This document shows positions 26,808 through 32,000 of a stretch of 32,000 bases of DNA, in pieces. Under the pieces are notes generated by a model. It was not told the origin of the DNA, did no database searches, and worked only from the letters and a program-made list of their open reading frames with translations. Made by a program: the position numbers and the translations under genes. Source of the stretch: an uncultured archaeon (GTDB lineage Archaea > Asgardarchaeota > Lokiarchaeia > Sigyniarchaeales > Promethearchaeaceae); assembly GCA_964426185.1 (NCBI GenBank), contig CAYRPF010000002.1:67283-99282 (forward strand), read 5' to 3'. Position 1 is the stretch's first letter; each line of letters starts with the position of its first letter.

Positions 26808-29531
26808 ATGCTTTTACATCCAAATAATAGGTATATAAAAGTGGATCGAAAAATGAAATCAATTCAAGTAAACATTCCAATCAAGCCTGTTCATCCAAAA
26901 ATTGAGGAGATATCCGAGTATAAAAACAATAAGTCAAATACAAGAATTCCTCTTCTCCCCTATCCCCAAATCTACCATTTTACTAACGCTTTTTCTCAAA
27001 TGTCTTACAATTTCACCATTTATGTACAGAATATTAATCCAGATCATAGTGTTTTTGAACTAATTAAACAAGATTTTGATGTAGAAAATGAAGAAGAATT
27101 ACATTGTGCTATAAAACTCGAAGAATCGCCAAAAGAAATAACATTAAATGATGATTTTCATCGATTCAAAGTTGACTTCTCCAAAAAAGGCCCAGAAGCA
27201 TATTATTTGGCTATTAAATCGAATGAAATTCAAATCATTACATTTTCAGCTCATGGGTTATTTAATGCATTTCAAACCTTGCGCCAACTGCTATTATGGA
27301 CTAAAAATCATTCATTAATTTCAAGTGAATTTCCTTCAAGTTTTATTTTACCCCACGGAGAAATTTTGGATTGGCCGGATTTTTCCATGCGGGGAATTTC
27401 TGATGATATTTCCCGTGGACAGATTCCGACTGTAGAGGAATTGATGCGTGAACTGCGGATTATGAGTCATTTTAAGATTAACACTTATGCTATGTATATT
27501 GAAGATGTGGTTCAAATTCCTTCGCATCCAGATATAGGAGCAAATCGAGGGGCATATACTTCCGAAGAAATTCAACAAATTGTTACTTATGCTCGTTCTC
27601 GTTTTATTACTGTATTTCCAATTATCGAAACCTTGGGTCACATGGATAATATTCTTACTTTGCCTGCTTATGCCAATTTAGGTGAATTCCCCGGTGCACA
27701 CTGTCTATCCATTGCAAATGGAAATATTTATCCTTTTCTAAAGGAATTTATTACAGAAATTGCTTCTTATTTTCCAAAATTATATATACATATTGGATGC
27801 GATGAAGTCTATGACTTGGGACATGGAAATTCAAAGGAATTAATTAATGCTGTCGGAATGGAGCAAGCTGTCTTTGATCACATTCTCAAAGTTTATCGAA
27901 TTGCCAAAGACAATGACATTGAGAATGTGATTATATATCATGATTTGATCGAAAAATATCCATCGATTTTGGAGCATCTTCCTTCAGATATCATCGTGAT
28001 GTATTGGAATTATTCTCCCAAAAAGAAATATTCAAAGATTATCAATAAATTGACTGCATCAGATCATCCTATAGTGCTTAGCCCATCAATTTTGAATTGG
28101 TATAGGCCATTTCCTCATTATGAAGATGCTTTTCAGAACATGCTCCATTTTTCAGACGCGCTTGTAACAATTAAGAAACCGATTTTAGGTCAATTAGTGA
28201 GTAACTGGGGTGATTTTGGACATCATTCTCTTCGGCCGAATCAAATTTATGGCTCAATATTGGGAAACTTGTTGAGTTGGAACTCTAAAAGCCGCAATTT
28301 TGCATTGATTATGGCAGATTTACTAAATTGCATTTTTCAACCAAGCAAAGGGATTAACCCATCTGAATTAGCAGATTTATTTATTAACACGGTCGATTTG
28401 TCAAAAATTTGCACAGCTAAAACATATTTCTTACAGTCTCATTTCTTTGACGATTTCTATTCGCCATTAACAGTTCCATTCAGTCGCCATCTGAAGCTTA
28501 AGCGATTAGAGCAAATTTTTCACACTATTAATAAAATTCTAACTAGATTTGAAGAAATTATTCCACATATTAGATCAAACTCTTTTTTCTTGGAATATTG
28601 GTTGCACAGCCTGCAAACAATGTATATTTTTTTGCTACATCTTCAACTGAAAAATAAATTGTTAAAGAAACCACAAAATTCTAGTGAGGACAATTTATAC
28701 TATACTCAAATCAGAATTCTACAAGAATTTATATCACAACTTTCAGTTTATTTTCAAAAATATGAGAAATTATGGTTAAAATGTGCCAAATTTCCTAATT
28801 TTGAACGACACCGTGAACGATTTAATCTTTTAATGTGGTTTTATGAACGATTGATTCAACATTTGCAGAAATTTCCGACTCTGCCCTCTCCCAATCGATT
28901 TCTACAATCAAAATTTATCTGGTCACACCATTTTGCTTCAGATTCGCGACCCAGATTATTCCGTAAGGCATTTAGCATAGATGAAGAAAATAGTCTGGCA
29001 TTTTTACAGGTAATTGCTGGAAATTATTGCGAAATTTATTGCAATGATATCTATGTTGGTTCTACCAATTCTCGTTTCTCGTTATCTATTTTACCGATTA
29101 AAAATGCTGTTCAAGTTTTCAATATTTCAGAATTTCTCCATCGAGGAGAGAATACACTAGTAATTGAATGTTGGCATTTTTTACGATTTCGTGGTTTTGT
29201 GAATATTCTCTTGCAAATTCAGAACTCCAGAGGAGAAATTACAGAGATAACCTCAGATAAATCTTGGTCTGTTGCCATGAGTAATTATGAAACATTAGTA
29301 AAGGCTAGGGTGCATGGCAATCTACATTCTTTTCAATGGAAAAGGGCTAAAATTGTCGGAGACTCGGTTCGCTTTGGAGGTGGTTTATTTCATCCACAAC
29401 TTTGGAAGGGGGAACGTTCTATTCAAAAAGATTATTTTCGATTTCAAGATAATTCTTATTATTTTTCCTTAATGTACTTTCGGCCATTTTTGGCAAAAAT
29501 TATTCGATTTTTTACAATTTTGAAGTCATAG
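26808..29531 (+). CDS. GH20 beta-N-acetylhexosaminidase with C-terminal beta-sandwich domain
   Basis: EAYYL, GLFNAFQTLRQL, DWPDFSMRG, DISRG, IETLGHM, catalytic HIGCDE, WNY, NWGD; start may be ATG 26853. Confidence 0.88.
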   Translation: MLLHPNNRYIKVDRKMKSIQVNIPIKPVHPKIEEISEYKNNKSNTRIPLLPYPQIYHFTNAFSQMSYNFTIYVQNINPDHSVFELIKQDFDVENEEELHCAIKLEESPKEITLNDDFHRFKVDFSKKGPEAYYLAIKSNEIQIITFSAHGLFNAFQTLRQLLLWTKNHSLISSEFPSSFILPHGEILDWPDFSMRGISDDISRGQIPTVEELMRELRIMSHFKINTYAMYIEDVVQIPSHPDIGANRGAYTSEEIQQIVTYARSRFITVFPIIETLGHMDNILTLPAYANLGEFPGAHCLSIANGNIYPFLKEFITEIASYFPKLYIHIGCDEVYDLGHGNSKELINAVGMEQAVFDHILKVYRIAKDNDIENVIIYHDLIEKYPSILEHLPSDIIVMYWNYSPKKKYSKIINKLTASDHPIVLSPSILNWYRPFPHYEDAFQNMLHFSDALVTIKKPILGQLVSNWGDFGHHSLRPNQIYGSILGNLLSWNSKSRNFALIMADLLNCIFQPSKGINPSELADLFINTVDLSKICTAKTYFLQSHFFDDFYSPLTVPFSRHLKLKRLEQIFHTINKILTRFEEIIPHIRSNSFFLEYWLHSLQTMYIFLLHLQLKNKLLKKPQNSSEDNLYYTQIRILQEFISQLSVYFQKYEKLWLKCAKFPNFERHRERFNLLMWFYERLIQHLQKFPTLPSPNRFLQSKFIWSHHFASDSRPRLFRKAFSIDEENSLAFLQVIAGNYCEIYCNDIYVGSTNSRFSLSILPIKNAVQVFNISEFLHRGENTLVIECWHFLRFRGFVNILLQIQNSRGEITEITSDKSWSVAMSNYETLVKARVHGNLHSFQWKRAKIVGDSVRFGGGLFHPQLWKGERSIQKDYFRFQDNSYYFSLMYFRPFLAKIIRFFTILKS

Positions 29532-29546
29532 CAAGCATATTTAATT

Positions 29547-29637
29547 AATGGAAAATGAAGAAAGTATAGTTAAAAAGGGTTGCCAACGTATAGAATATGA
29601 AGAACAAATGGAAAATGAAGAAAGTATAGTTAAAAAG
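29547..29637. repeat. exact 31-bp direct repeat duplicating the larC start (MENEESIVKK x2)
   Basis: AATGGAAAATGAAGAAAGTATAGTTAAAAAG at 29547-29577 and 29607-29637; 60-bp period. Confidence 0.92.
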
Positions 29638-31107
29638 AAGCGAGTATTAATCATAAAATGCAATCATTCAGGAATTAGTGGCGATTTATTGGTAGGCGCA
29701 TTGGCAGAACTTATTTCTATTCAAAAAATGCAAGAATTTTTAGATAAAATTCCTCATTACATTACAGAGATTTCTGAATTATCAATAATGTTACACTCAA
29801 AAAAGGATCACGGCATTTCTGGCACACAATTGCTAATCAATCAGTTTGAAGGAAAAAAGGAATATCACTTTCATTTAGATTCATCAGTGATAAAAACCGC
29901 CCCTTCTTCAGAAACTAAATCAAAACTTTCACTATCTCATGAACCTCAACATGTTCATTCTGTCATCACACCCCAATGGATCATAGATAAATTAAAAGCG
30001 ATTGCTGAAGGGGAAAAATTTTCACCTGGTGCAAAAAATTACCTTGAAAAATGCTTCCAAATAATCATAAATGCAGAAGCATCTGTTCACGATATTTCTT
30101 TGGATAAGATACATCTGCATGAGATTGGCGCAGTTGATACCGTTATTGATCTTGCAGGTGTGGCTTACGGTTTTCAAGAATTAGGGGTCTTTTCAAATCC
30201 GAATACATATCAAGTTTTTGCAGAACCAATTGCAGTTGGAAGTGGGGAAGTTAAAATTGCTCATGGAATTGTCCCAGTGCCAGCTCCAGCTACTTTGCAC
30301 ATTCTTTCCCAATTTGGCTTAAGATTTATCTATGGTCCAGAATCATACGAATTGGCCACCCCTACTGGAGTTGCTCTACTCGCAGGATTAAAAGAACTTA
30401 ATCTTTTCACTCAAGATTTGTCTCATCTTTCCAAATGTCATGTAGTTCAGCAAATAGGAACCGGCGCAGGTACATTAAAACTTAAAGACCGTGCAAATAT
30501 TCTGCAAATTTTATTCACTTCTTCTTCTTACCATTTTGATTCCTTGAATTCTCAAATTTTTCCGTTTTCTCCAAAATTACAATGGCAGTATAAAGACAAG
30601 GATTTTACATTTAATGCACCTTTGCGCTTGATATCTGTAATAGAAACAAATGTCGATGATATGCGTGGTGAATTGTTAGGATCGATCTATAGGCCTTTTT
30701 TTCAAGCTGGTGCATTAGATGTAAACATAACACCTTCAATGACTAAAAAGAATAGACCTTCTTCTCTTATTCAAGTATTATGCCCCATTTCCAAAAGGGA
30801 TGAATTGATTGCACTTCTTATTAAATATACAACCACATTAGGGGTTCGATTTTATAATACATACCGAATTTGTCTTTCTCGGAAAATTATTTCAGTGCCA
30901 GTGAAAATTAGAGAAAATTCTCATCAAATTTCAGTAAAAGTTGCTTTAGATGCAAATCAACACATAGTTCATTATAAAATCGAATATACCGATTTAGAAA
31001 CGCTTTCAGAAAAATACGGTATTCCAATTATCCAAATAGAGGATTTATTAAAAAATCAAGTCTCTTTGGGCCTTCTAACCTCACTACTCCAAGCACAACC
31101 CAATTAA
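29548..31107 (+). CDS. larC: nickel-pincer cofactor biosynthesis nickel-insertion protein LarC
   Basis: SGISGD, AEASVH, HLHEIGAVD, AHGIVPVPAPAT, ELATPTG, ETNVDD, KKNRP, TTTLGVR; start 29548 or 29608. Confidence 0.93.
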   Translation: MENEESIVKKGCQRIEYEEQMENEESIVKKKRVLIIKCNHSGISGDLLVGALAELISIQKMQEFLDKIPHYITEISELSIMLHSKKDHGISGTQLLINQFEGKKEYHFHLDSSVIKTAPSSETKSKLSLSHEPQHVHSVITPQWIIDKLKAIAEGEKFSPGAKNYLEKCFQIIINAEASVHDISLDKIHLHEIGAVDTVIDLAGVAYGFQELGVFSNPNTYQVFAEPIAVGSGEVKIAHGIVPVPAPATLHILSQFGLRFIYGPESYELATPTGVALLAGLKELNLFTQDLSHLSKCHVVQQIGTGAGTLKLKDRANILQILFTSSSYHFDSLNSQIFPFSPKLQWQYKDKDFTFNAPLRLISVIETNVDDMRGELLGSIYRPFFQAGALDVNITPSMTKKNRPSSLIQVLCPISKRDELIALLIKYTTTLGVRFYNTYRICLSRKIISVPVKIRENSHQISVKVALDANQHIVHYKIEYTDLETLSEKYGIPIIQIEDLLKNQVSLGLLTSLLQAQPN

Positions 31108-31213
31108 ATGCCCAATTTTTTCTCTTAAATGCTCATTTGATTAATTAATAATTATTGTATAAAAAATTATTAATAAGCATATTAGGTTAATATATATATA
31201 AGTTGGAGAGTGG

Positions 31214-31657
31214 GTGTTCCTTATTCCTATTATATCATTTAATATATCCGATTCTTTGAAGCATTTTCTAAAACGCATGGTAAATCAGCGTGAATATAAG
31301 AATAATTCTTATGTTATGCGGGATGCCTTATTGCGTTTAATGGCTGAAAAAGATATGGATGATGGAACCTTATTATCCACGACCCAAGATTTTGAATCCA
31401 TGTTACCCGAGTTAACTGCAAGCATTATGATTACGTATAGTAAATCTAATATCAAATTGGAGAAAAAAATCACGCGGTTAGAAATTGAATATCACAAAAG
31501 TATTCTCAATAAATCTTTTTTTATTCATCATGATACTATTTTTGGGAATTATGTTTTGGAAGATAATATGACGCAAATCCAAAATTTTATTACGGAATTG
31601 AATGCCTTTGAAGAACTCCAGTCATTCCGTTATGTAATTAATGAACCGGAAGATTAA
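31214..31657 (+). CDS. CopG/NikR-like ribbon-helix-helix regulator with C-terminal ACT-like domain
   Basis: IISFNISDSL...YKNNSYVMRDAL (RHH); ASIMITY...beta-alpha-beta C-terminal domain as in NikR. Confidence 0.75.
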   Translation: MFLIPIISFNISDSLKHFLKRMVNQREYKNNSYVMRDALLRLMAEKDMDDGTLLSTTQDFESMLPELTASIMITYSKSNIKLEKKITRLEIEYHKSILNKSFFIHHDTIFGNYVLEDNMTQIQNFITELNAFEELQSFRYVINEPED

Positions 31658-31674
31658 CGAAAAAATCGATTATT

Positions 31675-31974
31675 ATGCAATTTCAAGATCGAATTTTAAG
31701 CGGAATACCCCGAAAGGAGATTTTGGCTTATTTTCGGCAATTACAAGCAGATAACTCAAAAAAAAAAGAGTCAAATGCATTAAATACAAAAAATTCCGAA
31801 GATCCTATTATATTTAAGTTTGAATCTTGTAAAATTCGCATATTTGACACTAATTCTCGTTGTTTACCAAGTTTTTTAATTCCTTGCACTGAAATTCTAT
31901 TTTCTGGTCCGAAATCCATGGTTGAAAAGATTATTTCACAATTTCGCTTGAAATTCCTTCGGGGAGGGGGATAA
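31675..31974 (+). CDS. small protein ending -FLRGGG (DUF1952 / MoaD-associated C-terminal-domain-like)
   Basis: SGIP...AYF N-terminus and FSG...FRLKFLRGGG C-terminus; family recalled from memory. Confidence 0.6.
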   Translation: MQFQDRILSGIPRKEILAYFRQLQADNSKKKESNALNTKNSEDPIIFKFESCKIRIFDTNSRCLPSFLIPCTEILFSGPKSMVEKIISQFRLKFLRGGG

Positions 31975-32000
31975 AAATAGAACGAAACGATAAATTTAAA

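Noticed and set aside
1-32000. rRNA, tRNA, transposases, integrases
   Set aside because: None recognisable; nearly all sequence is accounted for by CDSs and short AT-rich spacers

Overview
AT-rich archaeal chromosomal window. Gene content and protein style fit an Asgard archaeon (Lokiarchaeia-like); this is an inference, not a database result. The core (7315-16297) is an 18-gene S10/spc-type operon: L22-S3-L29-Rpp29-S17-L14-L24-S4e-L5-S14-S8-L6-L32e-L19e-L18-S5-L30-L15. S14 is missing from the supplied ORF track, and there is no SUI1 or secY. uS19 is detached and lies inverted about 2.5 kb upstream. The operon is preceded by a ~300-nt non-coding stretch that folds into six consecutive hairpins on the + strand. 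The left flank holds an ATP-NAD kinase-family gene, mptE, a Zn-ribbon protein, two tandem paralogous two-TM proteins, a mannose-6-P-isomerase-type cupin, a surface protein and a dipeptide epimerase. The two-TM proteins share motif spacing with eukaryotic DPM2/PIG-P. The right flank holds TPR, GNAT, panE, an AbrB-ACT regulator with a degenerate GH2, a coiled-coil protein, aroE, aCPSF1, a NapH-type polyferredoxin, a degenerate alkaline-phosphatase-fold protein, GH20, larC, a NikR-like regulator and a small -RGGG-ending protein. No rRNA, tRNA, CRISPR array or transposase was recognised. Top leads: (1) the DPM2/PIG-P-like tandem pair next to a PMI cupin; (2) the structured leader RNA of the ribosomal-protein operon.
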